From the NCBI GenBank assembly GCA_963803275.1, contig CAWDLS010000002.1, positions 99,905 through 163,904 of the forward strand: 64,000 nucleotides of DNA. The letters are read 5' to 3'. The translations under genes and the position numbers were made by a program. Below, piece after piece: positions 50,374-60,997 of this stretch (its first letter is position 1; every line of letters starts with the position of its first letter). Source of the DNA: an uncultured Gammaproteobacteria bacterium (lineage in GTDB: Bacteria > Pseudomonadota > Gammaproteobacteria > UBA9214). A model generated the notes under the pieces. The model had not been told where the DNA came from. It worked only from the letters and a program-made list of their open reading frames with translations, and ran no database searches.

Positions 50374-51357
50374 ATGGGCAAACCCGTCATTCTCGTCGTC
50401 GGCGGTGCCGGTTACATCGGCTCGCACATGGTGCTTGACCTGCTGCGCGCCGATTATCCCGTGGTCACGCTCGACAACCTGTCCAGGGGGCACCGTGAAC
50501 TGGTACCCGGTGGCGAATTCGTCAAGGGCGACCTCGGCAATCCGGCGGACCTGCGGGAACTCTTCGCGCGCTACCCGGTAAGGGCGGTGATGCACTTTGC
50601 GGCCCATTCGCAGGTCGGGGAGTCGGTCGAACGACCGCTCATGTATTACCGCAATAACGTGGCCAATACCATCGGCCTGCTGGAGGCCATGCTGGAGGCC
50701 GGTGTCAGGCATTTCATCTTCTCCTCGACGGCGGCCGTGTACGGTGAACCCGAACGGGTTCCGATCACCGAGGATCATCCCCGCAACCCGACCAACCCGT
50801 ACGGCGCCACCAAGCTGGCGATTGAACGCTTGCTGGCGGATCTGGGTCCGGCCAGCGACCTCACCTGGAGCGTGTTGCGCTACTTCAACGCGGCCGGGGC
50901 CGATGCCGCGGGCAGCCTGGGTGAACGCCATGAGCCGGAAACACACCTGATCCCGCTGGTCCTGCAGGTCGCCACCGGCCAGCGCGCCGGCATCCGCATC
51001 TTCGGCGATGACTACCCCACGCCTGATGGCACCTGCCTGCGCGACTATGTCCATGTGTCGGACCTGACCCGCGCCCACCTGCTGGCGCTCGAGAAGCTGC
51101 TTAACGGCGGCGGTAACTCGACCTACAACCTGGGCAACAGCACCGGTTACTCGGTCAGGCAGGTCATCGAGGCCGCGCGCCGCATCACCGGGCATCCTGT
51201 CCCGGCCGAAATCGCCCCACGTCGTGCCGGCGACCCGGCCGTGCTGATTGCCGACTCCGGCCGTATCCGCGCACAACTGGGCTGGCAACCGGCCTACGAA
51301 GATATCGACGCCATCATTCACACGGCCTGGGCATGGCACCAGCATGAGGCCGTCTGA
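50374..51357 (+). CDS. galE: UDP-glucose 4-epimerase
   Basis: VVGGAGYIGSH Rossmann motif, YxxxK and overall GalE collinearity (…LRYFNAAGAD…). Confidence 0.88.
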   Translation: MGKPVILVVGGAGYIGSHMVLDLLRADYPVVTLDNLSRGHRELVPGGEFVKGDLGNPADLRELFARYPVRAVMHFAAHSQVGESVERPLMYYRNNVANTIGLLEAMLEAGVRHFIFSSTAAVYGEPERVPITEDHPRNPTNPYGATKLAIERLLADLGPASDLTWSVLRYFNAAGADAAGSLGERHEPETHLIPLVLQVATGQRAGIRIFGDDYPTPDGTCLRDYVHVSDLTRAHLLALEKLLNGGGNSTYNLGNSTGYSVRQVIEAARRITGHPVPAEIAPRRAGDPAVLIADSGRIRAQLGWQPAYEDIDAIIHTAWAWHQHEAV

Positions 51358-51360
51358 CAC

Positions 51361-51762
51361 GTGCCGGCACACCCGCTGCGCTGGTTGTTTATGGTGCTGA
51401 CCCTTGGCTGGGCCGGCCTGATCTACTATCTTTCCGACCAGCCGCGACTTAGCATAATCTCGCTGTTCCCGCAGCAGGACAAGGTGCTGCACCTGATCGC
51501 CTACAGTGTGCTGGGATTTCTTGCCATGGGTTCCTGCAAGGCAAACGGCTGCAGGCACCAGGCCTTTCACTACTGGCTGGTGGTCACGCTGGTCGGGGTG
51601 TACGGCGTTCTGGATGAAGTCCACCAGTATTTCGTACCCGGGCGCCAGTCGGATGTTCTCGATGTACTGGCGGATGCCAGCGGCGGCCTGCTGGGTGCAG
51701 GGCTGATGTTGCTGCTGTTGCGCCGATACCTGCGTCCGGCCACACCGGATGTACAGCCATAA
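51361..51762 (+). CDS. VanZ-family membrane protein
   Basis: 133 aa, 4 TM helices, GTG start 3 nt after galE stop; VanZ-like proteins commonly close EPS loci. Confidence 0.55.
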   Translation: MPAHPLRWLFMVLTLGWAGLIYYLSDQPRLSIISLFPQQDKVLHLIAYSVLGFLAMGSCKANGCRHQAFHYWLVVTLVGVYGVLDEVHQYFVPGRQSDVLDVLADASGGLLGAGLMLLLLRRYLRPATPDVQP

Positions 51763-51866
51763 GGTGCATTCCGCAGGAGCGGATCGCGTCCGCGACCTTT
51801 ATTCCACCTGTCTGTGATGTTCCGCGTTGTACCGTGGGAGTTTTCCAGCGCTCAGGCAACGCCGGC

Positions 51867-52592
<726 letters not shown>

Positions 52593-52975
52593 CTCCAGTA
52601 TCCTGTCACCGGCACGTCGCGCCAGTGCAGTGACCGGCTCCAGCAGGCGGCCGATATCCGTGATTCAGAGCATCGTTAGTCACTTTTTTATCCCTAGTAT
52701 CGAAAATTGGAAAATACGTCGTTGCCTGTCATCCGCGGGTGCAGATACCGGTCGCAGCGGCAGCAGGCCACGAAAACATGGCAGACAAGTATACCCTGTC
52801 CGCGCCTTCCGCGCGCCTGCCCCGCCGGCGGATGCAGGGAACTTCACGCGCCGGGAATTGCGCGCCTGACGCAGCCAGAAAGGCCCCGTATTCGATGCCG
52901 TAGCAGGCGGCAGCAACACCCGGTCGCGTCGATCTGGTACCATTGAACGCAGTACTTGCTCCGGCACCCGTATCC

Positions 52976-53650
52976 ATGATCCCCTGGCAGGATATCGACA
53001 GCGTATTTCTCGACATGGACGGGACACTGCTGGATCTGCACTTCGACAATCATTTCTGGCGTGAACACGTCCCGCTGCGGTATGCCGAGCAACACCGGCT
53101 CGCCCTCGATGCGGCAAAATCCGATCTGGTCCCGCGTTTCAGGCTCAAGGAGGGCACGCTGGACTGGTACTGCGTGGAATACTGGAGCCGCGAGCTCGGG
53201 CTGGACATCGTCGCACTCAAGCGCGAGATCCGTCACCTCATCGCGGTGCATGAACATGTTCCCGAGTTCCTGCGGCGCGTCCGCACATCCGGCAGGCGTG
53301 TCGTCATGCTGACCAATGCCCACGCCAGGACCCTGGCACTGAAAATGGAAGTGACCGGCCTGGCCGGCGCATTCGATGCGTCGGTGTGCTCGCACGAGCT
53401 CGGCTACCCCAAGGAAGATCTGCGGTTCTGGTCCCGGCTGGAACGCCGGGAACACTTTGCCAGGGAGTCCGTGCTGTTCATCGATGACAGCCTGTCCGTG
53501 CTGCGCACAGCACGCGCGTACGGTATCGGCCACCTGCTGGCGATCAGCCGGCCCGACAGCCGTTCACCGGCGCGCGCCATCGACGAATTCATGGCCATCG
53601 AGGGATTTGACGAAATCATGCCGACGGAGAAGACGAGACGTGAAAAATGA
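52976..53650 (+). CDS. HAD-IA family hydrolase (YrfG-like nucleotidase)
   Basis: FLDMDGTLLD (motif I DxDGT), later HAD motifs; start taken at internal M (52976); track ORF begins 52943. Confidence 0.55.
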   Translation: MIPWQDIDSVFLDMDGTLLDLHFDNHFWREHVPLRYAEQHRLALDAAKSDLVPRFRLKEGTLDWYCVEYWSRELGLDIVALKREIRHLIAVHEHVPEFLRRVRTSGRRVVMLTNAHARTLALKMEVTGLAGAFDASVCSHELGYPKEDLRFWSRLERREHFARESVLFIDDSLSVLRTARAYGIGHLLAISRPDSRSPARAIDEFMAIEGFDEIMPTEKTRREK

Positions 53651-53656
53651 ATTTTC

Positions 53657-53838
53657 TCCCTCCCCTGCAGGGAGCAGGATGCATTGTTTTGTTTCCGTGT
53701 AATTCCGTGTGCTCCCGTGGCCATCATCCTGCACGCAGAATAGCGCCGGAAAAGATATGTCTCTCTCTCCCTACGGAGTAGGAATGCATTGATTTTTTCC
53801 GTGTTATTCCGTGTGTTTCCGTGTGCTTCCGTGGCCAT
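53657..53838. repeat. two tandem direct copies of the TTCCGTG...CCGTGGCCAT unit, each preceded by a short palindrome
   Basis: Copy 1 about 53661-53724 (CCCTGCAGGG palindrome, GTTTCCGTGTAATTCCGTGTGCTCCCGTGGCCAT); copy 2 about 53766-53838 (…TTTTCCGTGTTATTCCGTGTGTTTCCGTGTGCTTCCGTGGCCAT); TTCCGTG units recur at 10-11 bp spacing; convergent intergenic region. Confidence 0.45.
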
Positions 53839-53864
53839 TAATTATTTACCCCACCACTCACGCC

Positions 53865-54302
53865 TCATGCCTGCGCCAGCTGCCGGTCGCGGCCTTCCGC
53901 ATACCTTTGCCAGGTCTTGAAGCGCCGCCTGACGTACCTCAGCAGGGCGGAATAATCCTCGAAAAACAGCTCGAAGCTGTTCTCCGCCGGCTCGTCGAAC
54001 TCGCAGTAGTCGTTGGTGTATTCGCGACAGATCAGCGGCCGGTCGTCGTAGATACCGCAGCGCCCGTCCTTCTGCAGGTGGGTACAGGTGTTGTTGATCA
54101 GCAGGTACCAGCCGTCTTCATCCTTGTAGGCCTGGATATCCCTGTGTGACAGCTGCCAGAGCAGGTGATCGAAATCATGCATGGAGCGCGGCGTCGCCAG
54201 TTGCTCCGTGATGTAGGTACAACACTTTGAATTGGTACAGAAACCGCACTTGTTTGCTGCCGAGATCTTCACGCCAAGCGGGATATTCTTCACTGTTTTC
54301 AT
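53865..54302 (-). CDS. YkgJ/UPF0153-family Cys-cluster (zinc/iron-chelating) protein
   Basis: CGFCTNSKCCTYI ... CTHLQKDGRCGIY ... CREY Cys pattern of PF03692. Confidence 0.6.
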   Translation of the reverse strand: MKTVKNIPLGVKISAANKCGFCTNSKCCTYITEQLATPRSMHDFDHLLWQLSHRDIQAYKDEDGWYLLINNTCTHLQKDGRCGIYDDRPLICREYTNDYCEFDEPAENSFELFFEDYSALLRYVRRRFKTWQRYAEGRDRQLAQA

Positions 54303-54443
54303 AGGTCACAGGTATCCGGAGTTGGAATTACGGCAGGAGCGGACCGCGACCGAATCAGCCACCGCTATGCGCACGTAGCCGCGCCCTGATCCGTCTGCCT
54401 GCCATCGCAGTGACACGATGTACCACGGAAGCGCAAGCAATGT

Positions 54444-55958
54444 CTATTGCGCGGCAAATTCAAAGCGGTCGAATACCGGGCTGTCGAATACACGGCGTCC
54501 CGCGCGCACGCTGATCTCGCGGCCACTGACATCGATACGCATGTTGCGGCCAAAATCGTACAGGCCCTTCGCCGCGATCAGCGTGGCGTTGACACGCTCC
54601 TCCTCGATAGCGGGCAGGAACAGCGCAGGTGTTGCTCCGGTATCGGGCTGGTCCGGTAGCAAGCAGGAGACTGCACCGACCGCACTGACCAGCAGCTGTA
54701 CACCGGTCTCCATACCACCCTGCGGGTGCACACGTATCGACCGTATGATGGCCAGGCGCAGCACTTGTTGGCCGCCCTGGGACTCCAGCACGCCGAGCAG
54801 GTCGCCGACGCGTACATCACCGGTACCGTCCTCTTCCCAGGACAGCTTCATGCCGTTCGTACTGCTGTCCAGTATGCGGCATTGTACGGGTTCGGGCCGT
54901 GCCGGGGCGGCCTTTCCGGCTGCGCGCGACAGGTAACCATGAATCTGCTCGAGGCCGTTCAGCAGGCTGATATAACGGCCGTCGCCGTGGCGCAGCTCGC
55001 GTCGGCGATCGGCAGAAAGGTCTTCCGGCAGCAGCCGGCGCAGGACCATGGCCTCGGGGCTCTGCATGCGCACGCCGGACGGCGTTCTGGCCAGCTGTTC
55101 GCGTATCGCCTGCAGGGCAGGGTTCGCATCGAGCAGGTAGGCCTCCTGCCGGCTGACCGGGGAATCGAGCCGGGTACAGGGAATCGGCAGGGCGTCCGTG
55201 CGCAGGTCAACCAGGAACAGGCCTTCGCCCTGCCCCTCCCAGCTGTTGCCGGGCACGATCCGGCACTTGTCGGCATGCCGCAACAATACATCGAACAGCA
55301 GACCTGCCTCGCCTTCCACCAGTCGTGCCGGATCAGTCAATGACAACAGCATGCAGGCGTGATAGTAAGCCCCGGTCATCACGGTACCGTTGCCGGTTGC
55401 GTCCGTCCGGACAGCAACCCCCAGCAGTCCGAAATGACGCGCCAGGCGATAAAGCTGGTGCGACTCGGCAATCAGCAACGGCTGCGCCTCACGGTAATAC
55501 CGGTAGCCGTCCAGCAGGACGTAGGTCAGCTGTTCCAGTGCGCGGTTCAGGGCAGGACCCAGCAGCGGGTGCGGCTTGCCCTTGCCGCGGCCGGTATGGA
55601 GTCCTGCAACGACCAGCTTGTATCCGCTCGCCAGGCTCAGCAGCAGGCGGCCAATGCCTGCGATGGCTTCCGTACGGCGGACCCTGGTGAGTGAGAGCTG
55701 TCCCAGTTGCAGGGGGTCGACAGTATGGAACAGGGGCAGCACCGACGTCCGGTAGCACTCGAGCAACTCGAAGCGTGGCCCGGCATCGAGTTTCTGCTCG
55801 TTCAGCCCGTCCAGCCCAATGCGCACCAGGCGCAGTGTCTCGACCACGTCCATGAGCGGCAGGTCATTCAGCCACTCATTCAGGCGTGCTACGTCGAGCT
55901 GCACGGTTGGATCCGTGTGGTTGTGCTGTACCGGGAGGGAAAGGTTCAGAGGTTCCAT
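54444..55958 (-). CDS. hypothetical protein with C-terminal PilZ (c-di-GMP-binding) domain
   Basis: RRELRHGDGR (RxxxR) followed by LDSSTNGMKL (DxSxxG), the PilZ signature, in the last 130 aa; 19 bp downstream of gspN on the same strand. Confidence 0.55.
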   Translation of the reverse strand: MEPLNLSLPVQHNHTDPTVQLDVARLNEWLNDLPLMDVVETLRLVRIGLDGLNEQKLDAGPRFELLECYRTSVLPLFHTVDPLQLGQLSLTRVRRTEAIAGIGRLLLSLASGYKLVVAGLHTGRGKGKPHPLLGPALNRALEQLTYVLLDGYRYYREAQPLLIAESHQLYRLARHFGLLGVAVRTDATGNGTVMTGAYYHACMLLSLTDPARLVEGEAGLLFDVLLRHADKCRIVPGNSWEGQGEGLFLVDLRTDALPIPCTRLDSPVSRQEAYLLDANPALQAIREQLARTPSGVRMQSPEAMVLRRLLPEDLSADRRRELRHGDGRYISLLNGLEQIHGYLSRAAGKAAPARPEPVQCRILDSSTNGMKLSWEEDGTGDVRVGDLLGVLESQGGQQVLRLAIIRSIRVHPQGGMETGVQLLVSAVGAVSCLLPDQPDTGATPALFLPAIEEERVNATLIAAKGLYDFGRNMRIDVSGREISVRAGRRVFDSPVFDRFEFAAQ

Positions 55959-55980
55959 CACGTGACTGTTGGCGATGACG

Positions 55981-56728
55981 TTACAGCCTGCCTGTTTCCT
56001 GTATCAGGTAGCCACCATCCGGCTGGGGCTGTGCGACCGCCTCCAGCAGGCTGCGCGTATCGGCATCGACATCCGCGCCGGGTGAAAGCGATACCCTGAC
56101 CGTATAGCGGCCATCCGGTCCCAGTGTGATATCACCGGACGCGCCCAGAGTACCGCCGCGGATAATACGTGCGACCATGTCATTGCCGACGCTTTCCAGC
56201 GCACACTGGATGTCACCCAGTGACAGCTGCAGGGGAGAACGTATCTCCGCGGCCTGCCAGTCCAGCAGGCCGGCGATGTCCTGCGGCAGGTTGCCGCGCC
56301 AGGCAAACGTGTCCAGTTGCAACGTCAGGCGGCCGCTGCTGCTCAACGCGACCGGCGAGAACCCGTTCAGCAGCAGGTCCGGTTGCAGCTGTATGTCGAT
56401 GTCGTGACCGACGACAGCCCCGCGCAACGTGATGCCGACACTGGCATGGCCATGCCGATCGGTGTTCTGCAGATCGAGGCGGTACTCGAGCCGGCCGTGC
56501 AGCAGTCCCGACGGGCTGAGTCGCCAGTTTACCGGGCCCAGTTCACTGGCCTTGAAGCGCAGGCTTCCCGCGTGTCCGGAAAATACCGTACCCGTCACGG
56601 CCATCAGCGACAGCCCGGGGACCTGACGTTCGATCGCGCCGGTCAGGCGCCCGGCCGGAAATGTCGCCAGCAGGATCGGTATATAGACGGCGACACCGAT
56701 GGCAATGTAACGCCAGGCATTGTTCACA
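55981..56728 (-). CDS. gspN: type II secretion system protein N
   Basis: GTG start in GTGA overlap with gspM stop; N-terminal TM (YIAIGVAVYIPILLATF); GspN-like periplasmic domain; last gene of gsp cluster. Confidence 0.7.
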
Positions 56729-57218
56729 ACTCGGGCGCCTGCAGGGTCAGTCGGGCATTCACCCGGCCGGCCGCGTCGGCTACGCGCTCCAGGCTGACCG
56801 TGTCGGCGCTGACGCCATACCTTTCGGCCAGACTGCCCAGCCAAAGGACCAGTTGATCGAACGCCGCGCCTTCCAGCCATACCTTCACGCTGTTGCCGCC
56901 TTCCGGCTCGACCCGCTTCAGCGCTGCGGCCAGCCCGCCCGCACGGGCGGTACTGTCAGCCAGCGACAACAGGGACTGTCCGCCCAGGCCCTTTGCCGTG
57001 CCGGAGCCGCTGCCCTTGAGCCGTGCCAGCACTGCTGCGCTTTCCTGCATCCAGATGGCGGTATCGCGCTGCCCGGCGACACTGTCCTGCAGCGCAAGGT
57101 AGCCGCTGCGCAGCGGTGACCAGATCAGCGCATAAACGAGCAGCAATGCGACGACCGCCGCAGCGGTCATGACCATCAAGCGCTCGCGCGGGGCCAGGCC
57201 CTCCAGCCAGGCCTTCAT
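56724..57218 (-). CDS. gspM: type II secretion system protein M
   Basis: 164 aa, single N-terminal TM, GspM-like; overlaps gspL stop. Confidence 0.75.
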   Translation of the reverse strand: MKAWLEGLAPRERLMVMTAAAVVALLLVYALIWSPLRSGYLALQDSVAGQRDTAIWMQESAAVLARLKGSGSGTAKGLGGQSLLSLADSTARAGGLAAALKRVEPEGGNSVKVWLEGAAFDQLVLWLGSLAERYGVSADTVSLERVADAAGRVNARLTLQAPEL

Positions 57219-58426
57219 GTTCCGACCCCCTGGATACGCAGGTGGCTCTGCACGCGCTGGTCTGTATCGGTGGTGGCCGACTGTATTTCAACCCCCAGAC
57301 CCCCGCTGGCGGTAAGCGCCTGCTTGAGCTGGTCGAGCGACTGCAGGTTCGGAATCTTCAGGTCAAGGTCAAGCCGGCCGGTGCGAAAACTGATGCCACC
57401 CAGCTCGACACCATCGACATCCTTCAGGACCGAACCGGTCCTGGCCAGCAGGGACAGAAAGTCTCCGCCGCTGGCATTGCCACGCTGCAGGCGGTCGAGC
57501 TGTTGCTGCATCTGCAGCCGCGGGTTGACCACCCGCTTGGTACCGGGCATGGCGGCACGGAAGATTTGCTCGATCCGGGCCTGTAACTGCTCACTTTCGC
57601 GGCTGAGCCGGTAGTAATCGACACCCGTCGCGACCAGACTGACCAGGATACCGACCAGCAACAGGGCCGCGGTGGCGCGCCACGGTTTCCACACGCGTGC
57701 CCAGTCGCCCGACCGGCTGTAAGGGCCCTGCAGCAGGTTGATCGACTTGCTGTCCAGTCCCTGCGCGAAGATGACCAGAGGATCATCGCTGTAGTAGTCC
57801 TCGATGACCTCACCCGGGTAGGTATCGATAACCGGTGGCTGGATGTCGGGACGCACCATCAGGCGTACCGGCGCCGCAGGCTGGTCATGCTGCATGGACA
57901 GCATCACGTCGAGGTTATCACTGTCGACGGCATAGCCGCTCGAGCGTCCGTTCCTGACCAGCACGACGTCATCGATAACCAGCGCGCTGATTTCATTCTC
58001 GATCAGCGGGACCGCCAGCACCTCGGGGATTACCTGCTGGATATCCAGCCCGGCAGGATCGAGCGCGGCGACCAGCCTGTCCATGTAATTCCGGTTGATT
58101 ACAGCCACCGCCCAGTCACCGTCCGCATTGGCCTCGCCCAGCGCGAAGTGCGACAGCTCGACCTCGTCGGATAGCTGTTCTTCCAGTGCGAAGGGGACGG
58201 CACGCAACAGCTTTTGCCGGTTGCGTCCGGGTATGCGCACGCTGGTCAGCAGGCAGTGGGTACCGCCCACCAGCACGACCACGCGCAGGCCATCCGCCTC
58301 GCGTGCGGCATCGGCAATCGAGCCGGCGTATATGCCGCTCGCCGGTGTGCCATCGGCATCCAGTCGCAACCAGCGCCAGTTGTCGCCGGCGATGGAATCC
58401 GCTCTCAGCAGCAGTGTGTCACGCAT
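57215..58426 (-). CDS. gspL: type II secretion system protein L
   Basis: 403 aa; cytoplasmic actin-like domain, central TM (AALLLVGILVSLVATGV), periplasmic domain. Confidence 0.8.
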   Translation of the reverse strand: MRDTLLLRADSIAGDNWRWLRLDADGTPASGIYAGSIADAAREADGLRVVVLVGGTHCLLTSVRIPGRNRQKLLRAVPFALEEQLSDEVELSHFALGEANADGDWAVAVINRNYMDRLVAALDPAGLDIQQVIPEVLAVPLIENEISALVIDDVVLVRNGRSSGYAVDSDNLDVMLSMQHDQPAAPVRLMVRPDIQPPVIDTYPGEVIEDYYSDDPLVIFAQGLDSKSINLLQGPYSRSGDWARVWKPWRATAALLLVGILVSLVATGVDYYRLSRESEQLQARIEQIFRAAMPGTKRVVNPRLQMQQQLDRLQRGNASGGDFLSLLARTGSVLKDVDGVELGGISFRTGRLDLDLKIPNLQSLDQLKQALTASGGLGVEIQSATTDTDQRVQSHLRIQGVGT

Positions 58427-58507
58427 TCACGGTCCCTTCGTCTGTCGTGGCAGTATCCTAGCAGAAAAGTGCGAAAAAATGCGGAATAACATTGCAAAAA
58501 CATTGTG

Positions 58508-59470
58508 TTAACCGGCCGGTTCGACAAACCCCGTAACCCGGGTGCGGGAGATGACCCGCAGGTCCCGGTCGTCGCGTTCCATCAGGCTCTCCAGTTGCGC
58601 ATTGCCGATCCCCACGCTGACGTCCGTCTCCACGAGGAACCAGTGACTGGTGACGTCCACGTCCTGGGTTATCGCGAGGCCGGCCAGGGCATTATGGGAC
58701 AGGAAACTCTGCTTGTCCTCGAACGGTTTTTGTTCGCGATCGGTCAGTAACATCTCCACACCCTGCGCGGTCATGTTTTCGTGCAAGGCCAGCAATACCT
58801 CGGCCGTCGCCGTATTTACATTAATGGGTGTGGAATCGGGCAACGCCGTGACATGCGGCGTCAGCGCCTTCACGACGTCGGCAGTAAAACCATGCACAAG
58901 CCGCAGTTCGCTGATCGAGACCAGCCGGCGGTTCGCGGCGCGATAGGGCGGATCCTCCAGCAGGTAGGTGTCGTCCTCGGCACCCCCCGGAAACGTGGCG
59001 TTGATATCGGCATCAATCCAGTCCAGCAGGCTGGCAGCCAGCTCGGGATCCAGCTGCAGCACACTCAGCAGGCGCTTGAAGTACTCGATACTGTTACTGT
59101 CCGGATTGCCACTCGCGTCGACCAGGTCATTTACGTTAAACCGGCCCTGCAGGTCGATAACGTGGCCGCTGACGAAACCGCCTTCGACGGGAATCGGCGG
59201 CAACGCGGTGGCCCAGTCCTCGTTCAGCGCATCGAACCGGCTGTTTTTCAAATCGCGGCGCAGGATGACCTGCGCCCAGCTCTCCGCCGCGAGTGCATAG
59301 GCGTAGGCCTGCTCACCGTGTATCAGGTTGCCGGTGCGGCGTACGTCCACGTGCAGGCGCGTTGCCATCGCCACCGCGGCCACCGTCGCCAGTGATACCA
59401 CCAGCAGCGCGGTGACCAGCGCTATGCCCTGCTGGCGTATGGTTCCCGCAAGGTGGCCGGCGTGCATCAT
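58508..59470 (-). CDS. gspK: type II secretion system minor pseudopilin K
   Basis: N-terminal TM GIALVTALLVVSLATVAAVAMA; GspK-like domain. Confidence 0.8.
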   Translation of the reverse strand: MMHAGHLAGTIRQQGIALVTALLVVSLATVAAVAMATRLHVDVRRTGNLIHGEQAYAYALAAESWAQVILRRDLKNSRFDALNEDWATALPPIPVEGGFVSGHVIDLQGRFNVNDLVDASGNPDSNSIEYFKRLLSVLQLDPELAASLLDWIDADINATFPGGAEDDTYLLEDPPYRAANRRLVSISELRLVHGFTADVVKALTPHVTALPDSTPINVNTATAEVLLALHENMTAQGVEMLLTDREQKPFEDKQSFLSHNALAGLAITQDVDVTSHWFLVETDVSVGIGNAQLESLMERDDRDLRVISRTRVTGFVEPAG

Positions 59471-60096
59471 TCAGGCAACCTGAACAACCAGACCAGCTTT
59501 CCATACTGCTTGTGCTGAAGGGTAATCTCTATCGCCCTCGGCAGGACCGCCGCCGTGGCACCGGGCAGTGCCGTGGCAAGCGTGTCGTTGGTGGTACCGG
59601 TCCAGCTGGTTTTCCAGTCAGTGTTTTCAAGATAACGGACCTCCATCTGCGTGAAATCATCCGAGAGTGTCTGCCTGACCGGCAGGCTGTCCTGGGCGCG
59701 GTCCAGCACCGACCAGGTGTAGCGTACCAGTTGATCGTCCTCGTAGGCATAGGACACGCGTTGCAGTGTGCTGCGTGCATGACCCAGCGGGTTGCGCCAG
59801 CCGCCGCGGGTAAGTTGCAATATTTCGGCACCTGCCACCGGCGGCAGTTCCGCGCCATACTCGTCACGTACTGAACGAGGAACCACCTGTTCGATATCAC
59901 GCTGCATGATCAGATAGATTTTCTGCAGCCGGCCCAGCCGGTCCGCCTCCAGCTCGGTCATGGCGCGCTGTTCCAGTACACTGTGCAGGCCACCGTAGGA
60001 CATCATGGCGAGCAGACCGAAGATAGCCAGCGCCACCAGCAATTCCAGCAGGGTGAAACCGTCCGCTGTACGAGTCTGGCCCCGTAACGCCATCAA
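59467..60096 (-). CDS. gspJ: type II secretion system minor pseudopilin J
   Basis: Prepilin leader ...DGFTLLELLVALAIFGLLA. Confidence 0.8.
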   Translation of the reverse strand: MMALRGQTRTADGFTLLELLVALAIFGLLAMMSYGGLHSVLEQRAMTELEADRLGRLQKIYLIMQRDIEQVVPRSVRDEYGAELPPVAGAEILQLTRGGWRNPLGHARSTLQRVSYAYEDDQLVRYTWSVLDRAQDSLPVRQTLSDDFTQMEVRYLENTDWKTSWTGTTNDTLATALPGATAAVLPRAIEITLQHKQYGKLVWLFRLPE

Positions 60097-60470
60097 TTCG
60101 GCTGCCTCAGAAATCCGCTCAGCGTGGTGAAGGGCTCCGTGTCATCGGTATCCGCCGGCATCACCTCCACATCCAGCCGGCGCAGTTCCGCTTCTTCCGT
60201 CTGCGAGGTGCGTGCCAGCCAGCGCCACTCCCGGTTGCCCATCTCCCGGGTGCCCTTCTGCTCCCCGACGGACGGCCACTCCTTTCTCAACTGGAATTCC
60301 GCCAGCACATCGCGAGCCACCCAGGTCGCCATGGTGCGATCACGCAAGTGCGCCTGGATGACCGTATAGTCACTGGCGGCCTTGATCACCGCCCCCATCG
60401 CCAGCGCCAGCACCGCCAGCGCAATGAGGATTTCGATCAGTGTGAAGCCGCGGCTGCCGTTTGACTTCAC
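60093..60470 (-). CDS. gspI: type II secretion system minor pseudopilin I
   Basis: MKSNGSRGFTLIEILIALAVLAL prepilin motif. Confidence 0.8.
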   Translation of the reverse strand: MKSNGSRGFTLIEILIALAVLALAMGAVIKAASDYTVIQAHLRDRTMATWVARDVLAEFQLRKEWPSVGEQKGTREMGNREWRWLARTSQTEEAELRRLDVEVMPADTDDTEPFTTLSGFLRQPN

Positions 60471-60991
60471 GGCGGTCCCTCGCGGGCCCCGTTCATCTCG
60501 CCCATGAGCGATGCCGTCAGCCGGTAGCGATAGTCACTCTGGTGTGAATTGAAGGTGACCGCAAACGGCGTCATTTCCCCGCTCGACAGGATCAGCACCT
60601 GCGGCGGCGGTTCACCCTCCTGATCCGCGGCTTGCGGGTCCTGGGGCTGTTCGCCCTCGATCTCGAGCTGCATGCGGATGTCAGCAGGCAGGGTATAGGC
60701 CTTCAGCAGGCTGTCATCCGGCTGTTTCCAGCCATCCAGAGCCAGTACCAGAAACTCGTAGCCGTCATCGGCAAAGCGCACCCCGAGTTCCTCGCCCCGG
60801 ACGATGGCCTCGTCATTCGCCAGCGCCAGCAGGGTCTCCAGTCGGTGCGCTTCCTGCTCCATCATTTTCGCCACATCGTCGCCTCCCATGGACAACATGG
60901 CGAAACTGAAGATGATACCGATCAGGACCATCACCACCATCATTTCCAGCAGGGTGAAACCGGCTGACCGTGTGGCGGTCGCAGCAGACAT
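60467..60991 (-). CDS. gspH: type II secretion system minor pseudopilin H
   Basis: ...SAGFTLLEMMVVMVLIGII prepilin motif. Confidence 0.8.
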   Translation of the reverse strand: MSAATATRSAGFTLLEMMVVMVLIGIIFSFAMLSMGGDDVAKMMEQEAHRLETLLALANDEAIVRGEELGVRFADDGYEFLVLALDGWKQPDDSLLKAYTLPADIRMQLEIEGEQPQDPQAADQEGEPPPQVLILSSGEMTPFAVTFNSHQSDYRYRLTASLMGEMNGAREGPP

Positions 60992-60997
60992 CAGCGC

